A stretch of DNA of 55,309 nucleotides from a virus (taxonomy: Duplodnaviria > Caudoviricetes): positions 1-55,309 of the IMG/VR virus record IMGVR_UViG_3300030107_002626; one strand, given 5' to 3'. The notes under the pieces were generated by a model, which worked only from the letters and a program-made list of their open reading frames with translations, had not been told where the DNA came from and ran no database searches. The position numbers and the translations under genes are program-made. Shown here one piece after another: positions 27,276-35,418 of this stretch; position 1 is the first letter of the stretch; each line of letters starts with the position of its first letter.

Positions 27276-29069
27276 GTGCAAGATGTGCTAGACGATTTTT
27301 TGCAATCAATCACGCAGGAGGGGCGCTACATCTGCCCAGTCTGCACCCCGGGCAGGCAGAAGAAACACCAAACCGAGAGGACGCTGGCGGTGTCGTTCAC
27401 TCCAGATGGAGGCACCATCTTCAAGTGCCACCACTGTGACATAGGTGGTCGAGCGAGCGACAAGAAGCCGACAATCATTGAACAGCCGCGCAAGGTCACC
27501 GCTATCTCGGTTCCAAAGACATCGGATCTTGGGTTGATTGGCGAATACCTAACGTCGAGGGGGATTGATGAGTCGCGAGTTGAGGGCTACGAGATCGTCA
27601 CGGGCAAGAGATATTTCAATGGGCGCGGCGAGACACCAGCGGGGGAGGTTCCTGCCATAGGGTTCGTCTACGGGGACAGGGAAGCGGTCAAGTGGCGACC
27701 ACTGAACACCAGCGACAAGAGATTCACGCAGGATGGCGCGGCCAGAATCTTATGGAACATTGAGCATGCGCGGAGGTCTGAGCCAGAAACGCTCGTAATC
27801 ACAGAGGGGGAGGTCGACGCACTGTCTGTAGCGTCATCTATCATTGATGATCAAATAGTTGTAGTGTCTGTTCCGAACGGCGCTCCACAAAAGGTGTCGA
27901 ACAAGAGGCTTGATCCGTCTGAAGACGGTAAGTTCGCTTACATCTGGGACGCCAAGGATGTCATTAAAAAGGTAAAGAGAATTGTCCTTGCCGTTGATCG
28001 CGATGAGGCAGGGGAAGCCCTGAGAGAGGAGCTTGCCAGACGGATAGGTCGAGCCAAATGTTACTCGGTTGAGTACTTAGATGGGTGTAAGGATTCCAAT
28101 GATGTCTTGCAGAAGCATGGTGCTGAAGCAGTCGCGAGGATTATTGCGACGGCTACGCCAATGCCCTTGGAAGGCGTCTACTCTGCGGAGGATTACATGA
28201 GCGAAGTCGCACACCTTTACGACAACGGAGTGGTCGGCGGTCTGTCCACTGGGATTGCCCCGGTGGATGACCTGTTCACTATCGTCCCGGGTCAGCTATC
28301 AGTGGTCACTGGTGTCCCCGGTTCTGGAAAGTCTGAGTTCATTGACCAGATCATGGTGAACCTAGCCCGTCAGCATGACTGGAAGTTTGCCGTTGCTTCC
28401 TTTGAGAATCCTCCTCCACTTCACATCGCTAAGCTGGCTGAGAAAATTGTTGGCGCACCGTTTTTCGCTGGCTCATCGGGACGCATGAGCAGGGAGGACG
28501 CCGACAACGCGCTGGCCTATATACATAAGCACTGGATGTTCTTGGAACAACGAAGCGGCGAGTTGGTCACGATTGACTCGATACTCGACCGTGCCCAGCA
28601 AGCGGTCATGCGGATGGGTGTCAGGGGTCTGGTCATCGACCCATATAACTACATTGCCCAGCAAACAGCCGCTGACAACGAACACCAATCAATCAACGAA
28701 CTGTTAACCCGACTGGTGGCCTTCGCTCGGGCGAACGACGTTCACATCTGGTTCATCGCGCACCCATCGAAGATGCCGACTGATCAGGCTGGAACGACTG
28801 CAGTGCCAAAGGGCATGAACATCTCGGGCTCGGCAAGCTTTTTTGCCAAGGCGGACCTTGGTGTCACCGTCCACCAAAATAAAAACAGAGAGGTCGAGAT
28901 CCATTGCTGGAAGGTTCGCTTCAAGTGGGTTGGGTCGGTCGGCAAGTGCACTCTCGACTACGACGTTTTGTCCGGCAGGTACAGCGCCCACGTACACAAG
29001 CCATTGGTTGTGCCCACGAGTTTGGCACCAGTCAAGGCGCATCACGAAACGGATGACGATTGGCTGTAG
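27276..29069 (+). CDS. Primase-helicase (T7 gp4/Twinkle-like)
   Basis: CPVC..CHHC Zn finger, TOPRIM ITEGEVDALS and DRDEAG, Walker A GVPGSGKS, VIDPYN. Confidence 0.93.
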   Translation: MQDVLDDFLQSITQEGRYICPVCTPGRQKKHQTERTLAVSFTPDGGTIFKCHHCDIGGRASDKKPTIIEQPRKVTAISVPKTSDLGLIGEYLTSRGIDESRVEGYEIVTGKRYFNGRGETPAGEVPAIGFVYGDREAVKWRPLNTSDKRFTQDGAARILWNIEHARRSEPETLVITEGEVDALSVASSIIDDQIVVVSVPNGAPQKVSNKRLDPSEDGKFAYIWDAKDVIKKVKRIVLAVDRDEAGEALREELARRIGRAKCYSVEYLDGCKDSNDVLQKHGAEAVARIIATATPMPLEGVYSAEDYMSEVAHLYDNGVVGGLSTGIAPVDDLFTIVPGQLSVVTGVPGSGKSEFIDQIMVNLARQHDWKFAVASFENPPPLHIAKLAEKIVGAPFFAGSSGRMSREDADNALAYIHKHWMFLEQRSGELVTIDSILDRAQQAVMRMGVRGLVIDPYNYIAQQTAADNEHQSINELLTRLVAFARANDVHIWFIAHPSKMPTDQAGTTAVPKGMNISGSASFFAKADLGVTVHQNKNREVEIHCWKVRFKWVGSVGKCTLDYDVLSGRYSAHVHKPLVVPTSLAPVKAHHETDDDWL

Positions 29070-29118
29070 CCACTAGATGTAGTGGGTCAAGGGGGCAGAG
29101 GGGCACTAGATGTAGCCC
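29070..29118. promoter_or_regulatory. Tandem NrdR-box-like palindromes
   Basis: ccactagatgtagtgg (29070-29085) and gcactagatgtagccc (29103-29118), 33-bp offset. Confidence 0.45.
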
Positions 29119-29594
29119 CCTACCCCCATCTATAAGTGCTCTAAGTGCCCTAAGTTGGGCACTGGAATTTAACCCCCCCTAGTTTTTTTCCATCCCATAA
29201 GTAAGTGACCACTAACCATGCTACCTATGGGGTGTCCCATATCTAAAGGGCTGGCGAGAGAAAAAGGGGGTGTGATAGAAAAGGGCAGAAAAATTTTGGA
29301 GTTGGTCCCGCCAACGACGCGGACGGGTGCGCGTGACCAAGAGCTTGGCTCTTGTGTCGAGGCAGGAATTAGGAGAGGTGGCCCCTGCCTCGCAGGGATG
29401 CGCGGGGTGGAGGCAGGGGCCGGAAGGCGAGGGTGTGCAGTCCCTCGTGAAAGGGATTCTGCACAAAGGGAAAGGGTGGTGCAAGTGCCGCAGTGCCCTG
29501 CTCTCGTTCAAACCCAATGGAGCTTGGGTGCCAACCAAAGAGCAAGGCTTAACCGGGACGCGGCCTACCGTCTAGGAGGGTTGGCTTTTTTAGT

Positions 29595-29762
29595 CTAACA
29601 CTGTGGTGATCGAGACTCGTAGTCTGGCCAGTGCCCGGAGCAAACCATGTCCCGATACTGATCAGCGACTGCGACTTCAGCCTCATGGTCCAAAGTGCTG
29701 GCGATCAGGATGAGGATTACTAGTAGCCCCAGACCGATCCGTCTTAACCATTGAGCGTTCAA
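29595..29762 (-). CDS. Small membrane protein (55 aa, not in ORF track)
   Basis: TTG start overlapping the upstream TGA, GGAG RBS; MNAQWLRRIGLGLLVILILIASTLD..MVCSGHWPDYESRSPQC*. Confidence 0.6.
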   Translation of the reverse strand: MNAQWLRRIGLGLLVILILIASTLDHEAEVAVADQYRDMVCSGHWPDYESRSPQC

Positions 29763-29977
29763 TGTAATTCTCCCTCTGCGTTGCCGTCCACCTCATCGAG
29801 GAAGTCGGCGTACTTTGATGCAGCCTCCACACAGAGAAATGAAGCCCGGCCAATGTTGTCGACTTGGTTGGCCGCGAGGAATGCCACGAGCACGAACACG
29901 ATCTCCTCGTCTTCGGCATTTTTCGGCATGATCTTTTGAATTTTTCTGAACCATTTTTCGTTGAGCAATGTTTTCAT
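29759..29977 (-). CDS. Hypothetical protein
   Basis: 72-aa ORF directly after the 347-aa gene. Confidence 0.6.
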   Translation of the reverse strand: MKTLLNEKWFRKIQKIMPKNAEDEEIVFVLVAFLAANQVDNIGRASFLCVEAASKYADFLDEVDGNAEGELH

Positions 29978-29978
29978 T

Positions 29979-31022
29979 TTATTGATCCTTATTGTCCCGT
30001 AGGACGAGGTCGGTTTTTAGGATGCCAATTTCGGCGTTACCGGGTGCACAATCCTGCACCCATGTGCGGGTCTTGCCTTTGTTGGGGCCTGACTTGAGTG
30101 GCTTTGCGAAGTGTCGCCAATGCCCTGCTCGGAAGTGCTTACGCACCGTGCCGGGTGCCCGGGCAGTTGATTCGCCGCGAGGATCAGGCTCCGGGCTAAG
30201 GTCGCGCTCGATCACAACGTGTTCAAACTTTGGATACTTGTGCCCGTGAACAGGCTTAATCTTCCGCTCGGATGAGGGCTTCAGTCCCCGGTAGGTGGTG
30301 GTCTTCGCCGTGCGGCTGTTAATCATCTCCCACCAACTGAGAAACATATCCACGAGACTAGGGAGCAATTTTCCTGCGTCATCTAAGGGATTGCCTAGCC
30401 ACGCTGAAATGTAGGTCGGCTCGATGTCATCTGTGATTTTGAAGTGCACCTCGACTGGTAGCGGCCAAATGTCTGGCGACTGATACACGTAGTAGTTGAC
30501 GGAGATGAATTGCTCATCGGGCTCGACGCTCAGTTCTGGATAGCCTTCTTCGACAGTCCGATACTCCGCGAACATCAAGACCGTGGTTTCGCCATTCTCG
30601 CTGTGGAGGGTGGTGCTGATCGTGACCCACGGAAATGGCAAGCGCAGCGGCGTGGTTGGGATCGTGCTTGGGTCTCTATCCCAGCAATGATCTTTCGACA
30701 GGCTTGGAGTTGTGTACTTCATCCCGCTTCGGACGGCGCAGGCAACAGCGTCTTCAGTCTGAAAGCTCATCCACTTGATTGCCTCAGATTCGGCATGGCC
30801 TCTGTCTCGATGTGAAACAAACTTCATGTGAACCCAATAGTCTGTGATGCTTTTAAGCATCCGGCCAAAGGGCGTTGCGTCATCCACAATGATTGTTTCG
30901 ATGTCGCCATCGCTGGCAGTGATGGCCTTGATCTCAAACTCTGCCATCTTCGCGATCTGGTCATGCAGTCTCATCAGCGAATGGAACTCTCGCCCCAGAC
31001 CGACATCTTTTTTCCTGCTCAT
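29979..31022 (-). CDS. Hypothetical phage protein with C-terminal HxRxGHWR motif
   Basis: 347 aa; RKHFRAGHWRHF..TWV; CTAGGAGG RBS. Confidence 0.8.
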   Translation of the reverse strand: MSRKKDVGLGREFHSLMRLHDQIAKMAEFEIKAITASDGDIETIIVDDATPFGRMLKSITDYWVHMKFVSHRDRGHAESEAIKWMSFQTEDAVACAVRSGMKYTTPSLSKDHCWDRDPSTIPTTPLRLPFPWVTISTTLHSENGETTVLMFAEYRTVEEGYPELSVEPDEQFISVNYYVYQSPDIWPLPVEVHFKITDDIEPTYISAWLGNPLDDAGKLLPSLVDMFLSWWEMINSRTAKTTTYRGLKPSSERKIKPVHGHKYPKFEHVVIERDLSPEPDPRGESTARAPGTVRKHFRAGHWRHFAKPLKSGPNKGKTRTWVQDCAPGNAEIGILKTDLVLRDNKDQ

Positions 31023-31042
31023 TTTGAACCTCCTAGTTGGTT

Positions 31043-31109
31043 GGATTCCACGGAACCCACCGTAGCGGTGGGTTTTCGCCCGGTTTCCCTCCGGGTCTCG
31101 TCAGCGTGG
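31043..31109 (-). ncRNA. Hammerhead ribozyme, type I (HHR5)
   Basis: ccacg CUGACGA g-a-cccgg agggaaa ccggg-c GAAA acccaccg cua cggugggu UC^ cgugg aaucc; cleavage 31053/31052. Confidence 0.9.
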
Positions 31110-31110
31110 T

Positions 31111-31254
31111 TCATGCTTCGATGATTTGAAAATCAAAGATCTCCCGAATCTTTTGAACTGCCTCCAAGCACTCGCTGTAGCTGCCTTGAATGTCTGACTC
31201 AAACCATTCTGAGTGCAAGTAGTCCCGCTCGCGAAGGTTAACGACGTAATACAT
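31111..31254 (-). CDS. Small hypothetical protein (47 aa, not in ORF track)
   Basis: GGAG RBS; MYYVVNLRERDYLHSEWFESDIQGSYSECLEAVQKIREIFDFQIIEA*; stop 1 nt before HHR5. Confidence 0.6.
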   Translation of the reverse strand: MYYVVNLRERDYLHSEWFESDIQGSYSECLEAVQKIREIFDFQIIEA

Positions 31255-31335
31255 ATTTGATGCTCCATATTTATGGGGGGGTTGCCCCCCCAGTAAGTGA
31301 TAGAAAAGTTTTCTGCAAGGCTTTGGGAAAATCTA

Positions 31336-32745
31336 TCAGTCGACGTGAATGATCTCCCCGAACTGCTCGCACCCGTAAAAATACGGATCGCTGAGATTGG
31401 TAACCCAAAACACAGGATAATCCGGTGTCTCAAAGTCCCTTCCTCCTGCGGGATCATTGGGGCCGACCCAACCCTCGCCGTCTGTAAAGTAGATCAGCGC
31501 ATGCAGGTCGATCTCTTCCGCATCAACCCAGTTGAACACTGGGGTGAAGGACGTGCCGCCGCCACCGTAGAACGCAATCTCGACATCCTCGCCGCGCTCG
31601 TACTCTTGAGTGTGCTGCACCGAGTCGTCGCAATAGACAACATGCGTTTTAATCGGATCGATCTCCGCAACAATGTCGTTGATGTGAGAAGCGTAGACGG
31701 CTAACTCATCATCGGTGAGTGACATAGATGTATCCACGGCAACGACCAGCACGCCGTTAGGCTCCTGCTGAGAGTCCGGCAGGATCAGACCCTGATGAAT
31801 CAGGCGTCGATCTGGCGTCGAGTAGCATTCCTCGCCGGGCACGGTATCGTGCAAGGCACCGGCCAGAATCTCATGCCAAGGCTGCGGGTCACGGCGTTGT
31901 GCGTCGAGAACGTTGCGTAACCATCCTCCGCTGCCATGACCCTGATGCTTGTCATGTTGGCGCTGGACCTGTGCTGCCTGTTGATTGAGCGAATCAATCT
32001 CGACCTGCTCGATGATCTGCTCGTCCTCGCTGAGCGCATTGCCGTCATCGTTGACTCCGTCGAGGACTTCACCCCAACCACCTGAGCCGCTCGGCGTATC
32101 ACCGGAACCATTGTTCGGCTCGCCATCGGGATCGCCTGAACCGTCGACTGGATACCCTCCGGGATACCCTCCGGGGCCACGGGGCTTGCCCTCGCCATCA
32201 TCGTTACCCGATTGGCCGTCAGACGGATCGCCTTCAGACTGCTCGGAATCAGCGCCAGACTGCTCGGTCTCGACGGGGTGATGGGCCTGCTCATTACCCG
32301 GTTGGTTGCCGGGCTGATCGCCGGGCTGGTTACCGGGCTCATCTTCCGCAGCCTTTTGATTGGCCGCGAAGTGACGCTCGGCGGACCAGTTATCCTGCCC
32401 GGGCTCAGGGTACACGCCATCTGCAGGCAGCACGAATCCGGCCTTGCGTAAGAGACCATTGATCGCCTGATCGCAAGCGATGTTCCACGCCTTTTGGTCT
32501 CGGGTGCCACGGCGCAGGTGGTGCCCGTTGTTGACGTGCATGCATTCATGAGCCAGCACGCCAGCAGTCTCGGCAACGCTCAGGGTCTCGACCCATGCCG
32601 GATTGAAAAACAACGACTTGCCGTCAGTCGCCATAGTCTGGGTGACCGTCTCATCAGCCCGGAACGCGAACCGATGCAGTCGGACTGCGAAGTAGGGATG
32701 GTCAGTGACCATGCGCTTTTTGGCTTTGGCGATTTTGTTATCCAT
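31336..32745 (-). CDS. Metallopeptidase-VWA protein (DUF2201-like)
   Basis: TMATDG, HECMH zincin motif, WNIACD..IN, acidic linker, VAVDTSMS MIDAS, GGGGT, YFTDG. Confidence 0.9.
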   Translation of the reverse strand: MDNKIAKAKKRMVTDHPYFAVRLHRFAFRADETVTQTMATDGKSLFFNPAWVETLSVAETAGVLAHECMHVNNGHHLRRGTRDQKAWNIACDQAINGLLRKAGFVLPADGVYPEPGQDNWSAERHFAANQKAAEDEPGNQPGDQPGNQPGNEQAHHPVETEQSGADSEQSEGDPSDGQSGNDDGEGKPRGPGGYPGGYPVDGSGDPDGEPNNGSGDTPSGSGGWGEVLDGVNDDGNALSEDEQIIEQVEIDSLNQQAAQVQRQHDKHQGHGSGGWLRNVLDAQRRDPQPWHEILAGALHDTVPGEECYSTPDRRLIHQGLILPDSQQEPNGVLVVAVDTSMSLTDDELAVYASHINDIVAEIDPIKTHVVYCDDSVQHTQEYERGEDVEIAFYGGGGTSFTPVFNWVDAEEIDLHALIYFTDGEGWVGPNDPAGGRDFETPDYPVFWVTNLSDPYFYGCEQFGEIIHVD

Positions 32746-32763
32746 TTGATGTCTCCTAGTTGT

Positions 32764-32831
32764 TGGATTCCGCAGAGGCCCACCTCCCGGGGCCTTTCAC
32801 GCTGGGGTCCACCCAGCACTCATCAGTGCGG
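32764..32831 (-). ncRNA. Hammerhead ribozyme, type I (HHR4)
   Basis: ccgca CUGAUGA gugcuggg uggac cccagcgu GAAA ggccc cgggaggu gggcc UC^ ugcgg aaucca; cleavage 32775/32774. Confidence 0.87.
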
Positions 32832-33707
32832 TTAGTCGAAGAAACCCGAAAGCTTGCTCACGATCTCCTTGGCCGTGTCAGCGGCCTGCTGGCGCTTGCC
32901 CTCGTCTTCGCGCAGCACCTGCGGGTCCAGATCGCGAAGCTTAAGAAACAGGTCGTTCGACACTGCAGTCAACGCCGGGTCACCCGTCAGGTTGAGGCCG
33001 GGCAGTGCTTCAGCGAGCCGCTCGATTGCCTCGACCGTACTGTCAGCGAACTTGCTCGCACGCTTAGCGCCGTCAGCCTTCGTGCCGTGCCGTTCCATGC
33101 CCTCGATGAACGTGGTCAGCACCTCCGCAACACGCTCACTGACGACCTTGGCCCCGGCTTCGACCTTGGCTGCAACATCCCGCTCGACCTGCTGCCGGAT
33201 CGCGTTCACGCGCTGCTGCGGCAGGTTTACGCGAATGTCATCGCCAGAGGGCAGCGGCATCAACTTATAGCTGATGCTGTAGCGGTTGACGATCTCGGTA
33301 ACGGACGGGTAGTCGTTCTCATCGAAGGCGGCACCCAATCGAATCCTGTCCGCTTCGATGACGGCAGGCCATGTGTCCTGCAGTTCAGACTTCAGTTCCT
33401 CAAGACGGTCAGCTTTTTTCCGCAGAGCAGCCTCAAAACGGTCGAGATTGTCGACGGTGATGAGGTGAACGCCGTCATCCCAAGGCACGGTCCAAAGTCG
33501 CAAAACCGTGTTCCCAACTTGTCCGATGATCTTGTTCAACTCTTTAACCACGGCCTGTTTCGCTAGGCGTTTGGTGACGCGCAGATAACCATCTGCCGCA
33601 GACTTGTCGAAGGTCACCTGATCAGTGATCTCACGGTCGGTGATGCTGTTGTTCCATTTGGTGCAGCGCACCTTGACGAGCATCGCGTTGGTTTGAATCT
33701 TATCCAT
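32832..33707 (-). CDS. DUF3150-like protein (291 aa)
   Basis: Start reset to ATG 33707 after CTAGGAG; TVPWDDG, DYPS, PLP motifs; between the AAA and VWA genes. Confidence 0.7.
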   Translation of the reverse strand: MDKIQTNAMLVKVRCTKWNNSITDREITDQVTFDKSAADGYLRVTKRLAKQAVVKELNKIIGQVGNTVLRLWTVPWDDGVHLITVDNLDRFEAALRKKADRLEELKSELQDTWPAVIEADRIRLGAAFDENDYPSVTEIVNRYSISYKLMPLPSGDDIRVNLPQQRVNAIRQQVERDVAAKVEAGAKVVSERVAEVLTTFIEGMERHGTKADGAKRASKFADSTVEAIERLAEALPGLNLTGDPALTAVSNDLFLKLRDLDPQVLREDEGKRQQAADTAKEIVSKLSGFFD

Positions 33708-33718
33708 TGTTGTTTCTC

Positions 33719-34816
33719 CTAGATTGTTAAATGTTGAGTGTCGAGTTTGAACTGCACGAAGGACTCGCACGCCTTCAGGTCGCTGTCACGATTGCCTGCG
33801 ATCATGAAGAACACTGACAGCAGTTCCTCGTTGATCCGCTTCAGGTAGCTGGCTGCGTTGTCGATGTTTCCGATGTCGCAACGCTGCGCGAGGATCATGG
33901 TGATGGCGTAATGCGTCGCCAGTTCCCGCTCACCCGGCACGTCAACGCTGTCGGGGTCTGAGAGGATCAGCCCAGCGTCCGGGAGTGCCCTGACGATGCT
34001 CAGGAACCCGGCGAACTCACTGCCAGCACCAACGCCCACTGCACCGTTGATCGCGATCTGCTCAAGCAATCGAGGCAGACCGGATCGAAGGATCTCGCTC
34101 ACTGCCTCCCAAGTCCTAGGCGTTGCCGCCGTGACGTGACCCTTTGGTATGCCGCCGTCCGGGTATTCGTGGAGCATGCCTGCCTGATCAACCTCGCCGT
34201 TGCCGTCGAGGACAGGACGGCCACGCGCTGCTAGGAAGGCGATGACTTCAGGTGCCCAACCTGCAGATGTGGCGTACTCGATGAACGGCGTGAGCGCCGG
34301 AACGATGTTCAGGTGCGTGCCAAAGCGCGTCAGCAGGGCCGCATCCTGTCGTCCGTGTACACCTGCCCCATCGCATGGGCGATTGCTCGCGACGATCACT
34401 CGCCACCCGGGAGGCAGGATGTAGTCACCGAGGCAACCATCATTGACCAGTTGGTAGCACGCCGCTTGCGACTGCTGAGCGCCGAGCAGCATCTCATCCA
34501 TGAGGAGCAGACCAAACTCACCGTCACGCTCGACGCGAGGTAGCCACCCCGGTAGCTTGAACTCGGTGAAATCGCCGACGATGTCGGGAATGCCGCGAGT
34601 GTCTACTGCTTGGAGTTGAGACAAACGGGCATCGATCAGGCCCCACTGCTGCCCGGTCTGCTCGCTCAGGCTCGCAACCACGGACCGAACGATGCTGGAC
34701 TTGCCGACCCCAAACGGGCCCCACAGGAACACGGGGCGTATGTCGCGAGGCACAAGTGCCTCGATGATTGTCGCGGCCTGTTCAAGGGTCGCGTCAGGAA
34801 TGTTTGAAAATGACAT
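33719..34816 (-). CDS. MoxR-like AAA+ ATPase (365 aa)
   Basis: Start reset to ATG 34816 after CTAGGAG; Walker A GPFGVGKS, Walker B LLLMDE, VASNR, ALLTRF, TPRTW. Confidence 0.9.
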   Translation of the reverse strand: MSFSNIPDATLEQAATIIEALVPRDIRPVFLWGPFGVGKSSIVRSVVASLSEQTGQQWGLIDARLSQLQAVDTRGIPDIVGDFTEFKLPGWLPRVERDGEFGLLLMDEMLLGAQQSQAACYQLVNDGCLGDYILPPGWRVIVASNRPCDGAGVHGRQDAALLTRFGTHLNIVPALTPFIEYATSAGWAPEVIAFLAARGRPVLDGNGEVDQAGMLHEYPDGGIPKGHVTAATPRTWEAVSEILRSGLPRLLEQIAINGAVGVGAGSEFAGFLSIVRALPDAGLILSDPDSVDVPGERELATHYAITMILAQRCDIGNIDNAASYLKRINEELLSVFFMIAGNRDSDLKACESFVQFKLDTQHLTI

Positions 34817-34836
34817 ATGAATCTCTCCTAGTTTTT

Positions 34837-34898
34837 GGATTCCACAGACGCCCGTCAGGGCGTTTCGGCCAGTGTCCCGCTGGCACTCATCAGTGTGG
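34837..34898 (-). ncRNA. Hammerhead ribozyme, type I (HHR3)
   Basis: ccaca CUGAUGA g-u-gccag cgggaca cuggc-c GAAA cgccc ugac gggcg UC^ ugugg aaucc; cleavage 34847/34846. Confidence 0.92.
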
Positions 34899-34907
34899 CT
34901 CAACCCG

Positions 34908-35336
34908 TCAATACCAGCGATTAAATCCTGAGAGAGCGGCGTTGATTGGGTAGTCTTCCTGCTTGTTGCTGGGGGCGACCTTGCGGAGGATCGCGTTGAT
35001 GCGACGTGGATCGCCCAGCACCACGTTGTCGCAGCGCGGGTGCTTCGCGAAAAACTCAGCGTGCCGCCGTTCCATCGCGGCATTAGTCAGGCTGGTGCTG
35101 CCAAATGTGTAGCCGTTGATCGTCTCAGGTTGCGGCAGATGCTTGCGTGCCTCGACAATCCCCAGCGCCGCACGGCGCTCAGCGGTGCGCGGCACAATGA
35201 ATTTTTCCCAGCGGCGAGGCCCCTCAATAAACTCGCTGCGCTTCGCCGCGAAGCCTTCGCGCTTCAAGATCTCCAGCGCTCGCTGCTCGGCTGCCGTGAC
35301 CTTTAAGGTCCGCCCGTTCAGTGTGATGGTCTTCAT
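34908..35336 (-). CDS. Hypothetical protein
   Basis: 142 aa; ACTAGGAG RBS; flanked by HHR2 and HHR3. Confidence 0.8.
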   Translation of the reverse strand: MKTITLNGRTLKVTAAEQRALEILKREGFAAKRSEFIEGPRRWEKFIVPRTAERRAALGIVEARKHLPQPETINGYTFGSTSLTNAAMERRHAEFFAKHPRCDNVVLGDPRRINAILRKVAPSNKQEDYPINAALSGFNRWY

Positions 35337-35354
35337 GATGTTCTCCTAGTTTTC

Positions 35355-35417
35355 GGATTCCACAGACGCCCCGGGTGGGGCGTTTCGACTGGTGTCCATC
35401 CAGTCTCATCAGTGTGG
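35355..35417 (-). ncRNA. Hammerhead ribozyme, type I (HHR2)
   Basis: ccaca CUGAUGA gacugg auggaca ccaguc GAAA cgcccc accc ggggcg UC^ ugugg aaucc; cleavage 35365/35364. Confidence 0.93.
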
Positions 35418-35418
35418 G

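Noticed and set aside
29218-29598. ORFs on both strands in the convergent gap
   Set aside because: Mutually overlapping, no clear RBS, atypical composition
31274-31292. G7/C7 hairpin as a terminator or sixth ribozyme
   Set aside because: No hammerhead core and no U-tract on the coding strand; function unsupported
31800-33566. Long alternative-frame ORFs (31800..32576 -, 32760..33566 +)
   Set aside because: Shadows of GC-rich genes with clear motifs; no RBS or recognisable features
34817-35083. 89-aa N-terminal extension of the AAA ATPase in the ORF track
   Set aside because: It overlaps the 142-aa gene and runs through HHR3; the RBS sits before ATG 34816
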